Shown: piece after piece, positions 19,748 through 30,849 of the stretch
Position numbering within the stretch: the first letter of the stretch is position 1
How the letters are laid out: every line of letters starts with the position of its first letter
NCBI GenBank assembly: GCA_021847985.1
Contig: JAJZNF010000193.1
Coordinates: forward strand, 21,866-85,865
DNA length: 64,000 nt
Direction of reading: 5' to 3'
Source of the DNA: Actinomycetes bacterium
GTDB lineage: Bacteria; Actinomycetota; Acidimicrobiia; Acidimicrobiales; Acidimicrobiaceae
The notes under the pieces: model-generated
What the model was told of the DNA's origin: nothing
Seen by the model: only the letters and a program-made list of their open reading frames with translations
The model's database searches: none
Position numbers and translations under genes: made by a program

Positions 19748-20530
19748 TCAAGCGTACAGATGCTCGACATCCCCGGCCGATACCGAGCGGATGCAGGAAT
19801 CCAGCTCCACCAAGAGATGCCCTTGGTTGGATATGTCCAGGACCTGTCCACTGATGATCTCGCCGTCGCTGAGTTCCACCCGCACGAAAGCCTCCAGTGT
19901 CGCGCACGCCGCGCGATACCGCCCAAGAAGAGCGGCGAACGCTGGGGCAAAGGATTCCTGGAGTGGCTCGTAGGCCTCCTTGAAACGCCTCAGCAGGTCA
20001 AGGCGCAGTGCGTCACGCTCCTTGGGACCGAAGAGTCTCCCGGTCGTCTCGCGCAGAGAGGTCGCAGGACGCCCCAGCGCCGCCAACTCCTCGCGCGTCT
20101 GGTTCACGTTCATTCCAACCCCTACCACCACGAAGCGCCCGGAGGGGGACTCGCCGGCCTCCGCAAGAATGCCGGAGATCTTCTCCTTGCCCAGCAGGAG
20201 GTCGTTTGGCCACTTGATCGAAGCGCTCACGCCCATGGACTGCAAGGACTCCACCGCCGCCACGGACATGGCGCAGGTGGCCGCGAAGTAGTCGTTGACG
20301 GAAAACTTGGGACGGACCAGGACGGACATTAGTATCGAGCTTCCCGAGACGTCGTCCCAGTTTCTCCCGAGCCTGCCCTTGCCGGCACTCTGGTGGTCGG
20401 CCGACAAAGCCGTCCCTTCGCCCGCGCCGCCCTGGGCCAGCCTCACCAGCTCCGCATTGGTCGAAGGCACCTCGTCAAAGTGGGTCAGGGTCCAGCCACT
20501 ACCGAGGTCAGCTCTCTCCAATGTCTCCAT
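19748..20530 (-). CDS. birA: Biotin--[acetyl-CoA carboxylase] ligase (no HTH)
   Basis: STN, QSAGKGRLGRNW, KWPND, KISGIL, GVGMN, AGDV. Confidence 0.93.
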   Translation of the reverse strand: METLERADLGSGWTLTHFDEVPSTNAELVRLAQGGAGEGTALSADHQSAGKGRLGRNWDDVSGSSILMSVLVRPKFSVNDYFAATCAMSVAAVESLQSMGVSASIKWPNDLLLGKEKISGILAEAGESPSGRFVVVGVGMNVNQTREELAALGRPATSLRETTGRLFGPKERDALRLDLLRRFKEAYEPLQESFAPAFAALLGRYRAACATLEAFVRVELSDGEIISGQVLDISNQGHLLVELDSCIRSVSAGDVEHLYA

Positions 20531-20583
20531 AGGAGGAAACTTAGACCCTAAAATGAATTGGTCAACCCTCAGAAAGGACCAGC

Positions 20584-22360
<1,777 letters not shown>

Positions 22361-22365
<5 letters not shown>

Positions 22366-22387
22366 CGCCGGGGTTTCCGGCGTCAGG
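22361..22387. terminator. GC-rich hairpin at the end of the carboxylase gene (likely terminator between convergent genes)
   Basis: CCTGACGCCGG-GGTTT-CCGGCGTCAGG, perfect 11-bp stem. Confidence 0.6.
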
Positions 22388-22498
22388 CATACCGGCACGA
22401 ACCTCCCTCGGTACCCGCCCCCTTCTTTGGATTCGGACCTGAGTGTCCCTGCCTCGAGCGGGTTCATGCGGTCGGCGCGGGTGCACGGCCGAGCACGG

Positions 22499-23581
22499 CT
22501 AAGGACGCTTGAAGCCCGCCCCGCCCAGGTTGACGACGACAGGACCTTGGCCGTCGGAGAGGTGGGGCAAGCCTGCCCACGCCGCGGCGGCGGTCGGTTC
22601 GACCCACAGCCCTGAGGAGGCCAGGGACAGGCGCGCATCCTTTACCTCTGCATCGGAAACAACGACGACCTCGCCGCCGGTGGCCGCTATTGCGTCCAGA
22701 ATCGCACGCATTCGGACGGGCTTGGAGATGGCAATTCCGTCCGTGTAAAGGCTGTGCCCGGTCAACAGCGCCGGCCGCCCGGCAAGCGGCGCACAGCCCT
22801 CCGATTGCACCGCGACCAGCCGGGGCAGCCGCGACGCCGCTCCAGTGGCCGCGAGATGGGCAAATCCGGCAAAGACGCCCAGCAGGAGGCTGCCATTGCC
22901 AACGGGCATCACCACCGCCCCGGGAACTGCGCCCAACTGCTCGAAAACCTCGAATGCCCAGCTCTTGGTGCCTTCGAGGAAGAACGGACTGAACGCGTGG
23001 CCGGCGTAATAACAGCCCCTGCGGCCCGAAAGCTCCTTGGCCACCTCAGCGGCTCGCTCGCGGGGGCCGGGCGCGCTTACTATCTCCGCTCCGTACGCCT
23101 GGGCCTGGGCAAGCTTGGCCTCAGGCGCCCCCTCGGGAACCACGACGGTGGCCTTCAACCCGGCGTGCACGGCATGAGCCGCGAGCGCCGCAGCAGCATT
23201 TCCGGAGCTGTCAACCACCACCTCCACAGCCCCGAGCTCGAGCGCAACCGCTGTGACCGCAGCGGCGCCTCGGTCTTTGAAGGACCCGGTGGGGGAAATG
23301 AAGTCGCACTTCACGAACGCGCCTTGACCCATCGGCAACAGGGGGGTCATGCCGGCTCCGAGATAGGCGCGCTCGAGAGCCCAAGGAGCGAGGGCAATGG
23401 CTTCGGCGTACCGCGCCAGGCCGAACGGGCGCCCGGCGAGGGACGGCGGCAAAGGCTGCAATTCCGAGACGAGATCCAGCGGGGATCCGCATTGGCACGC
23501 CGCCCTCGAGATGGCGACCTCGTACTCGGCACCACAGGCGGGACAGCGCAGTCTCCGGCTTTGCGCAGGCGTTGGGCTCAT
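22499..23581 (-). CDS. Threonine synthase-like PLP-dependent enzyme
   Basis: N-terminal CPACG/CQCG zinc ribbon, PTGSFKDRG, DSSGNAA, PVGNGS, VEPTAA. Confidence 0.85.
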   Translation of the reverse strand: MSPTPAQSRRLRCPACGAEYEVAISRAACQCGSPLDLVSELQPLPPSLAGRPFGLARYAEAIALAPWALERAYLGAGMTPLLPMGQGAFVKCDFISPTGSFKDRGAAAVTAVALELGAVEVVVDSSGNAAAALAAHAVHAGLKATVVVPEGAPEAKLAQAQAYGAEIVSAPGPRERAAEVAKELSGRRGCYYAGHAFSPFFLEGTKSWAFEVFEQLGAVPGAVVMPVGNGSLLLGVFAGFAHLAATGAASRLPRLVAVQSEGCAPLAGRPALLTGHSLYTDGIAISKPVRMRAILDAIAATGGEVVVVSDAEVKDARLSLASSGLWVEPTAAAAWAGLPHLSDGQGPVVVNLGGAGFKRP

Positions 23582-23677
23582 CGAGCAAGACTCTAATTGG
23601 TGCGGCGGCGCGGGCCCAAGGAAAGTCCTCCGCCGCGTTCTAGGATGCAATAGTTGCCGGGAGAGACGAGGTAAAAG

Positions 23678-24886
23678 ATGACCGCCGACCCCAACAAGCT
23701 TCTGGACGAAGCGCTGTCCGCAGCGGCTCCGGAGCTGCTTCGGATCTCACATTCCATCCACGCCGAGCCTGAGCTGGCATTTTCCGAGCACAAGGCAAGC
23801 GAGCTCGCCGCCGGTTACCTGGAGTCACTCGGCTACGCCGTCGAGCGCGGGGTGGCCGGGATGGAGACGGCGTTCTCGGCCACCACCGGCGACGGCGACC
23901 TCCACGTCGCGATCTGCGCCGAATACGATGCCCTGCCGGATGTCGGCCATGCCTGCGGCCACAACATCATTGCCGCGGCGGCGTTGGGGGCCGGCACCCT
24001 GCTTGCGCCGATCGCGTCCAGCCTCGGGGCCAGGATCACCATTCTCGGCACCCCCGCGGAAGAAGGGGGAGGTGGGAAGATCCTGATGCTCGAGGCCGGA
24101 ACCTTCGAGGACGTGGACGCGGCCATGATGGTGCACCCGGCACCCGCGGAGTTCGACCGAATGGCCACGATCGCCGCCCAGCACATAGATGTGACCTACA
24201 CGGGCAAGGAGGCGCACGCCTCGGCCTTCCCTCATCTGGGCATAAACGCCATGGACGCCATGACCGTGGCGCAAGTCGCGATTGGGCTACTTCGCCAGAC
24301 GCTCCTGCCGGACGAACGAGTGCACGGGATCGTGACACACGGCGGAGACGCGCCCAACATCATTCCCGCCAGGGTGACCGCGCGCTACATAGCGCGGGCC
24401 GACACATTGGCTCGGCTGGAGAATCTGATCCCCAGAGTGAGGGCGTGCTTCGAAGCCGGCGCGGTGGCCACTGGCGCCTCTCTCGATTTCACCCTTCCCT
24501 ACCCTCCATATTCCGAGCTCATCACCGACGAGGTGATGGCGGAGCGCTGGAGGCGGATAGCCGCCGGCAGGGGAAGGCAGATGATGGACTCCGCCCAGGC
24601 TCAGGTGCTCAGGGCTTCCACCGACATGGGTAACGTTTCGATGTCGGTCCCATCGATTCATCCACTCATCTCGATCGACTCGTGGCCGGCGGTGAACCAC
24701 CAGCCCGAATTCACGGCGGCCTGCATCACAGAGGCGGCGGACCGGGCCGTTTTGGACGGCGCCTACGCAATGGCGGCTCTGGTGGTCGAGATGTCCACCG
24801 ACCATGCACTGCGTTCCCGTTACGCGAACGGGGCCGCGCGCAGGGAGCTCCGCGAGACGCTGGCGGCACCGGCAAGCGGCCGCTGA
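23678..24886 (+). CDS. M20 family amidohydrolase (PM20D2/AmiB-like)
   Basis: PELAFSEH, AEYDALP, GHACGHN, GTPAEEGGGGK, MVHP, STDMGNVS. Confidence 0.9.
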   Translation: MTADPNKLLDEALSAAAPELLRISHSIHAEPELAFSEHKASELAAGYLESLGYAVERGVAGMETAFSATTGDGDLHVAICAEYDALPDVGHACGHNIIAAAALGAGTLLAPIASSLGARITILGTPAEEGGGGKILMLEAGTFEDVDAAMMVHPAPAEFDRMATIAAQHIDVTYTGKEAHASAFPHLGINAMDAMTVAQVAIGLLRQTLLPDERVHGIVTHGGDAPNIIPARVTARYIARADTLARLENLIPRVRACFEAGAVATGASLDFTLPYPPYSELITDEVMAERWRRIAAGRGRQMMDSAQAQVLRASTDMGNVSMSVPSIHPLISIDSWPAVNHQPEFTAACITEAADRAVLDGAYAMAALVVEMSTDHALRSRYANGAARRELRETLAAPASGR

Positions 24887-24901
24887 ACGTTCGAGGCGGC
24901 T

Positions 24902-26266
24902 CTATTCAGCCGCCTCGGCCAGGGCCTCGGCCAGCGCGGGATGCACGAGAAGCGACTCCACGATGTCGTCGACCTTGAGATGGGCGGTGACGGCAACCGC
25001 TATGACCGAGATGAGCTCGGCCGCGCTGTGGCCAACGATCGACCCCCCGAGAACCACGCCCGTGGCGGGGTCGGAGATGATCTTCACGAAGCCCCTGGCG
25101 TCTCCGTCTATCAACGCTCGCGCATTTGCGGCAAAGGGCACTTTCGTCACCCGTATCTTGCGGCCGGTGGCAAATGCCTCTGCCTCCGCCAGACCCACGT
25201 CGGCGATCTCGGGCTCTGTAAAGATCGCGGACGCGGCCTTCTCGTAGTCGAGATGCCGATGGGTGCGTGAATCCAGGCCCATAACATGTTCGGCCACCTT
25301 GCGCCCCTGCATCGACGCGACAGAGGCTAGAGGGAGCTTGCCCGAGATGTCTCCGGCCGCATAGATATGACGCAGATTGGAGACGCAGTGGTGGTCGACC
25401 GGAATGTAACCGGCGTGATCGACGAAAACCCCGGCTTGCTCCAGGCCGATCCCATCGGAGTTGGGAACCGATCCGATAGCGAGCAGCACATGGCTGCCGG
25501 CCACCACCCGCTGGTCGTCGCAGACGACGGTGACGCCGCCGTCGGCACGCTCGACGCCAACGGCGCGAGCGCCCTTGTAAAGGCGCACTCCCGACTCGAG
25601 GAAGTCCACTTCCAGCGCCGCCGCCACCTCGGGATCCTTAGCAGGAAGCACCTGCTGCCTTGAGACGATCAGGGAGACCTGCGAGCCCAACGAACGAAAC
25701 ATGTGGACGAACTCGACACCGGTTACGCCGGAGCCGACGACGACCAGATGCTCGGGAATCTCGGGGGGCGGATACGCCTGTCGCGTGCTGAGCACCCGCA
25801 CGCCGTCCACCTCGGCCCATTCGGGTATCCGTGGGCGCGAACCGGTGGAGACCAGAATCGCATCCGCCTCGACATGCTCGGTCTCCCCGTCGCGCCTGGC
25901 TATCTCGACCTCGTGAGGCGATACGAGCTTGCCGCTCCCTTCGACCACACGCACTCCTTGCGATTCGAGGAGCGCCAGAATCGAGGTTGCCAGGCGTTCT
26001 GTGATGCCAGCCAACCTCTCCTTGACGGCGACCAGGTCAAGGGAGGGAGCCAGTTGGCGCAGGCCCATACGCTCGGCCCTATGGGCCATGGTCAGCACGT
26101 CTCCCGTTGCGATCATCGCCTTGGAGGGGATGCAGTCCCAAAGGTTGGCCGCTCCCCCGACGATGTCCCGCTCGATAAGCGTGACCTCGGCACCCAGACG
26201 CGCACCATGAGTCGCGGCTTGTATGCCGGCCGGCCCTCCCCCCAGGATGACGAATCTCACGGCCAA
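24902..26266 (-). CDS. NAD(P)H-quinone dehydrogenase (mycobacterial LpdA-like flavoprotein)
   Basis: GGGPAG, GGAANLWDCIPSK (only one redox Cys), GSGVTGVEF, LASVASMQGR. Confidence 0.82.
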   Translation of the reverse strand: MAVRFVILGGGPAGIQAATHGARLGAEVTLIERDIVGGAANLWDCIPSKAMIATGDVLTMAHRAERMGLRQLAPSLDLVAVKERLAGITERLATSILALLESQGVRVVEGSGKLVSPHEVEIARRDGETEHVEADAILVSTGSRPRIPEWAEVDGVRVLSTRQAYPPPEIPEHLVVVGSGVTGVEFVHMFRSLGSQVSLIVSRQQVLPAKDPEVAAALEVDFLESGVRLYKGARAVGVERADGGVTVVCDDQRVVAGSHVLLAIGSVPNSDGIGLEQAGVFVDHAGYIPVDHHCVSNLRHIYAAGDISGKLPLASVASMQGRKVAEHVMGLDSRTHRHLDYEKAASAIFTEPEIADVGLAEAEAFATGRKIRVTKVPFAANARALIDGDARGFVKIISDPATGVVLGGSIVGHSAAELISVIAVAVTAHLKVDDIVESLLVHPALAEALAEAAE

Positions 26267-26269
26267 CGG

Positions 26270-27853
26270 TCAACCCCTGGGTGTGTAAGTGCCGAACACG
26301 GAACGCAATGTATCGGAGACCTCGCCCAATGTCGCGTAGGCGCGTAGAGCCTCCTTCATTGGATACAGGAGATTGCCGCTGCCGCGTGCCGCCTGCTCCA
26401 ACTCCGCGAGGCGTGCGCTGACCAGCGCGTTGTCTCGCTCCAACTTGAGCTTCCGGACCCTTGTGGCCTGCTCCTCCTGGAGCGCCGGATCGATGGGGAA
26501 GACCTCCGCGTCGGATCGCTCCTCCTCCGCAAAGTGGTTGACGCCCACGATCACCTTCTCGCCCGAGTCGACCGCCTTGGCGTACGCATATGCCGCCTGC
26601 TCGATTTCATCCTGCATGAAACCCGACTCGATCGCGGCGACGGCACCGCCCATTGCGTCGATGCGGTCGAGATACTCCATGGCCCGCCGCTCGATTTCGT
26701 TTGTCATCGATTCGACGAAGTAGGAGCCGGCCAACGGATCGACCGTCTCGGTCACGCCCGACTCGTACCCGATGACCTGCTGCGTGCGCAGGGCGAGCTT
26801 TGCGGCCCGCTCGGTTGGGAGTCCCAGGGCCTCGTCGAAGCCGTTTGTGTGCAGCGACTGGGTGCCTCCGAGAACCGCGGCCAGCGCCTGCACCGCCACG
26901 CGGATAAGGTTTACCTCGGGCTGCTGGGCGGTGAGAGTCGAGCCGCCGGTCTGGGCGTGGAACCGCAACAGAAGCGAGCGCTTATCCCGAGCGCCGAAAC
27001 GCTCGAGCATTAGGTGCGCCCATATCCGCCTGGCCGCTCGGAACTTGCCGACCTCCTCGAAGAGGTTGTTGTGCGCGTTCCAGAAGAACGAAAGCCTGGG
27101 GGCGAAGTCATCCACGGCAAGCCCGGCCTGGATCGCGGCCTCCACGTAGGCGATCGCGTTGGCAATCGTGAACGCGATCTCCTGTACCGCGGTCGAGCCC
27201 GCTTCCCTGATGTGGTAGCCCGAGATGGAAATGGTGTTCCAAGAAGGCATGTGCTGATTGCAGTAGGAGAAGATGTCGGTTATGACACGCATGGAGGGCC
27301 GTGGCGGGAAGATGTAGGTTCCCCGTGCCACGTACTCCTTGAGAATGTCGTTCTGGACGGTTCCGCCCAGCTTGTGGGATTCCACTCCCTGCTCCTCGGC
27401 CACCAACTGGTAGAGCAGCAACAATATTGACGCCGTGGAGTTGATCGTCATCGAAGTCGTCACCCGGTCGAGGGGGATGCCTTCGAGAAGGTCTCGCATG
27501 TCGAGCAGCGAGCTGATGGCCACGCCCACCTTGCCGACCTCGCCCGCGGCGCGAGGGTGATCAGAGTCATACCCCATCTGCGTGGGAAGGTCGAACGCAC
27601 AGGAAAGCCCGGTCTGCCCAGCCTCCAACAGGAACTTGAAACGTTGGTTGGTAGCCTTGGCCGTCCCGAAGCCCGCGTACTGGCGCATCGTCCAAAGGCG
27701 GCCCCGGTACATGTTGGGATAAACGCCCCGGGTGAAAGGAAACTCCCCTGGACGCCCAAGCGAACTCGTGGGATCGAAGCCCTCGAGGTCGGAGCTGTCG
27801 TAGACCTGCCTGATCTCGATGCCTGAGTCAGTCTTGAATTCTCGATCAGCCAT
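26270..27853 (-). CDS. Methylmalonyl-CoA mutase, N-terminal catalytic subunit (B12-binding subunit not fused)
   Basis: [16 protein letters not shown] (Tyr), [18 protein letters not shown] (Arg), [17 protein letters not shown]. Confidence 0.93.
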   Translation of the reverse strand: MADREFKTDSGIEIRQVYDSSDLEGFDPTSSLGRPGEFPFTRGVYPNMYRGRLWTMRQYAGFGTAKATNQRFKFLLEAGQTGLSCAFDLPTQMGYDSDHPRAAGEVGKVGVAISSLLDMRDLLEGIPLDRVTTSMTINSTASILLLLYQLVAEEQGVESHKLGGTVQNDILKEYVARGTYIFPPRPSMRVITDIFSYCNQHMPSWNTISISGYHIREAGSTAVQEIAFTIANAIAYVEAAIQAGLAVDDFAPRLSFFWNAHNNLFEEVGKFRAARRIWAHLMLERFGARDKRSLLLRFHAQTGGSTLTAQQPEVNLIRVAVQALAAVLGGTQSLHTNGFDEALGLPTERAAKLALRTQQVIGYESGVTETVDPLAGSYFVESMTNEIERRAMEYLDRIDAMGGAVAAIESGFMQDEIEQAAYAYAKAVDSGEKVIVGVNHFAEEERSDAEVFPIDPALQEEQATRVRKLKLERDNALVSARLAELEQAARGSGNLLYPMKEALRAYATLGEVSDTLRSVFGTYTPRG

Positions 27854-27928
27854 GTAGCGATGATACTCGCTCGCCTGGCGCGTTAGAAAAAACGCAGCGG
27901 GTCGGAGTGCGCCTGCGGAGCTGTGGCC

Positions 27929-29104
27929 TCAGCCGACCGGCGCCTCGAGCGGATGCGGCATGCACAGGTCGTCGTATTCGGCGATCGCAATCCTGGAGGG
28001 ATCGATGCCGCAGGCCGGGCAGTTCGGATCGCGGCGAATCCTGTAGGTGCGGAAGTTCTCCTCCATGGCGTCGTAGGCGAGAATCCTTCCCACCAGCGGA
28101 TCGCCGAGCCCCAGAAGGATCTTTATCGCCTCCATCGCCTGGATGGAGCCCACGATTCCGGGCAGGACGCCAAGCACTCCGGCCTCGGCACAGGAAGGCG
28201 CAAGCTCGGCCGGGGGAGGCTCCGGCACGAAGCAGCGGTAGCACGGGCCGACGTAGGGATGAAAGACCGTCGCCTGGCCCTCGAAACGGAAGATGGAGCC
28301 GTGCACCACCGGAATCCGCTTGATGAGCGAGGCATCGTTGACCAGGTACCGCGTGGGGAAATTGTCGGTTCCATCCACGATCACGTCATACCCGTCGATG
28401 ATGTCGAGAATGTTGTTGGCCCCCAGCCGCACATCGTAGGTCACCACGTTCACATCCGGATTGATGGACGTGATGGTCTTCTTTGCCGAATCCACCTTGC
28501 GCTCGCCGATGCGGTCCATGTTGTGGAGGATCTGACGCTGCAAGTTGGATGCGTCTACGACGTCCATGTCGATGATGCCGATCGTCCCAACCCCTGCAGC
28601 CGCGAGGTAGAGGGCGGCCGGCGAGCCCAATCCGCCCGCGCCCAGCAGGAGCACCTTGGAATCAAGCAGCTTCTTTTGCCCGACGTCGCCCACCTCGGGA
28701 AGCAGAAGATGTCGGTGATAACGGTTGCGCTGGTCGGGGGTGAGGACGGTCGGCTTTGCCCAGACCCTTCCTTCATCCTTCCAACGGTTGAAGCCTCCGG
28801 CCATGGAGGCAACGTTCTGATAGCCGATCATCTGAAGTGATAGCGCAGCCAGCGCGGAACGCACGCCACCGGCACAGTAGATGACGATCGGTGTCGTCTT
28901 GTCAAGTACGCGAGCCTCGATCTGGAGTTCCAGGTTGCCGCGCGGAATGAACAGTGACCCGGGGATCGCGCCCTGCTCGAACTCGTCCGCCTCCCGCACG
29001 TCCAACGCGAGCCATCCCTGCTCGAAAAGCTCTTCGCTCTCCGCGGTCGAGACCTCGCGAATCTGCCCCTTGACCGAGCCAAGAAGATCCCTGAAACCAC
29101 TCAC
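27929..29104 (-). CDS. moeB: Rhodanese + ThiF/MoeB adenylyltransferase fusion (MoeB/MoeZ-type)
   Basis: N-terminal rhodanese (DVRE, YCAGGVRS), then GAGGLGS, SNLQRQ, DGTDNF, CYRC, CAEAGVLG, CPAC. Confidence 0.9.
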   Translation of the reverse strand: MSGFRDLLGSVKGQIREVSTAESEELFEQGWLALDVREADEFEQGAIPGSLFIPRGNLELQIEARVLDKTTPIVIYCAGGVRSALAALSLQMIGYQNVASMAGGFNRWKDEGRVWAKPTVLTPDQRNRYHRHLLLPEVGDVGQKKLLDSKVLLLGAGGLGSPAALYLAAAGVGTIGIIDMDVVDASNLQRQILHNMDRIGERKVDSAKKTITSINPDVNVVTYDVRLGANNILDIIDGYDVIVDGTDNFPTRYLVNDASLIKRIPVVHGSIFRFEGQATVFHPYVGPCYRCFVPEPPPAELAPSCAEAGVLGVLPGIVGSIQAMEAIKILLGLGDPLVGRILAYDAMEENFRTYRIRRDPNCPACGIDPSRIAIAEYDDLCMPHPLEAPVG

Positions 29105-29264
29105 GTGGACACCTGCCTTTGACCTCTTTGCCTTAGTGAAACTCTACTCGTTTGGTCAACATTCCTGGCGTCGGACAGCCGGGCCCGGCCGTTCAAGGCG
29201 CAGTGCCCATCCGTTACGTAGCCTGGAAGCCGAAGGCTTCGGCCGGGACCAAGCGAGGTTGCAC

Positions 29265-29864
29265 ATGGAGTTCTCCAGATTACTGAAAGCGCGCCGGATG
29301 CATCGGCACTTTCTTCCTGATCCATTATCTGACGAAACCGTGGCCTACATTGCGGAGGCCGCCTTGCGAGCCCCCTCCGCGGGCTTCACCCAAGGCACCC
29401 GATTGCTCGTCCTTACGGCGCCGTCCTCGCTCGAGCGCTTCTGGGAAGCGGTGGCCAGTCCGGAGTGGCTGGATGTGCCTTCGCGCACCGGCCTCGCCGC
29501 TGCGCCATGCGTAATGGTGCCGTTCCAGAATCGCGAAGCATATCTGCACCGTTACGGAGCACCGGACAAGGCCTACGCCGGGATCGGCACGGAGGCGGAC
29601 TTCGCAGCACCCTTCTGGACGATCGACGCGGCCTTCGCGGCGATGCTGGTGCAGCTGGCCGCAATCGATTCCGGCCTGGGATGCCTTTTCTTCGGGATCC
29701 CCATGGGGGTCGACGCCCTGCGAGCCGCGTTCGGGATCCCATCGGACCTCGAGCCGATCGGAGCCATCGCCATCGGCAAGCCCAGCTCGCGAGACATTTC
29801 TCCTTCGGCGCAGCGACGGCAGCGGCTGCCCGCCGGCTCGGTCATTGCCTACGATCACTTCTGA
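29265..29864 (+). CDS. Nitroreductase family protein
   Basis: RRMHRHF, RAPSAGFTQG, AAIDSGLGCLFFG; ATG at 29265 with GAGG upstream. Confidence 0.85.
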   Translation: MEFSRLLKARRMHRHFLPDPLSDETVAYIAEAALRAPSAGFTQGTRLLVLTAPSSLERFWEAVASPEWLDVPSRTGLAAAPCVMVPFQNREAYLHRYGAPDKAYAGIGTEADFAAPFWTIDAAFAAMLVQLAAIDSGLGCLFFGIPMGVDALRAAFGIPSDLEPIGAIAIGKPSSRDISPSAQRRQRLPAGSVIAYDHF

Positions 29865-29865
29865 G

Positions 29866-29958
29866 CTTCGAATTTCTTCGTTGTTTTTCATTTCTTGTCA
29901 TGCGTCGCTGATTAGTTTAGCTATATATTCATCTCATCCAATTTGAGAAAGGAGCGAG
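29866..29958 (+). promoter_or_regulatory. AT-rich promoter region and strong RBS
   Basis: Markedly AT-rich stretch with TTGTCA (29895), TAGTTT/TATATT candidates and AAAGGAG before ATG 29959. Confidence 0.5.
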
Positions 29959-30621
29959 ATGGAATATCTCTCCCAGTACTCGGCAGACGGCGGCGCTACC
30001 TGGGGTCAGCCTTCCCCGGCAACTCGCAGAGCGTCGGGCGGTTTCGAGGGCGAGTTGGAGGAGCTCGGCACGATCCAGGTCAAACCCTGGATCGACCCCA
30101 TGGTGGAATCGCTCGGGTTCGACCCGCGCTCCACCTACGTCGAGCACTTCTGGCTTCCCGTCCTCGGCCCCAGCTGCATCTTCCTGCTACGCCGGCTCGC
30201 TTACCGCTTCGACCTCGAAGCCGAGTCCCAGGAGCTGTCGCTGAAGGAGATGAGCTGCGAGATAGGCCTGGGCTCACCCAAAGGTTTCGGTAACTCGATA
30301 ACGCGCACCCTCAACCGTTGCATTCAGTTCGACATGGCGCGGCTGCTGCCGAACGGCGTGCTAAGTGTGAGGCGCTCGCTTCCGCCATTGAGCCAGCGTC
30401 AGCTGGCCCGGCTTCCCGAAGAGCTCCGGATGCTTCACGAACAGCTGCTCAACGGGTTCGCCGAGGGCACCGCAAGCGAGTTGCGCAGGCGCAGTGTCCA
30501 ACTTGCGGTCTCGCTGGTGGACACCCAGGCCGACGAGAGCGAGGCCGTCGAGGCGCTGCTTCGATGGAAGATCAACGCGCAGGTGGCGGCGGAGGCTCTT
30601 CAGGTGGTCTGGCCCCGCTGA
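29959..30621 (+). CDS. Hypothetical protein, probable winged-helix DNA-binding fold
   Basis: Strong RBS, typical codon usage; YVEHFWLPVLGPS...LLRRL...EMSCEIGLG...TLNRCIQF. Confidence 0.8.
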   Translation: MEYLSQYSADGGATWGQPSPATRRASGGFEGELEELGTIQVKPWIDPMVESLGFDPRSTYVEHFWLPVLGPSCIFLLRRLAYRFDLEAESQELSLKEMSCEIGLGSPKGFGNSITRTLNRCIQFDMARLLPNGVLSVRRSLPPLSQRQLARLPEELRMLHEQLLNGFAEGTASELRRRSVQLAVSLVDTQADESEAVEALLRWKINAQVAAEALQVVWPR

Positions 30622-30849
30622 AAGCTTGCCGCCAGTCGCTTTGGCGGCAGCCCGGAATCCCCGAGTGCCGCGTCCCGACCCCAAACCTCCAGGGCAAAAG
30701 GGGACGCCGGCGCTCGGGAGTCACAATGGCGATCCCGGGCACTGCGCGAAGCACCGCCCGGGATCCTCGCCCGACGTTGCGGCATCGGGCAGTACCCTCC
30801 AGCTGCGACTTACACAGCGGACATCCGAGGTGAACGGCAGCGCTCGCCG

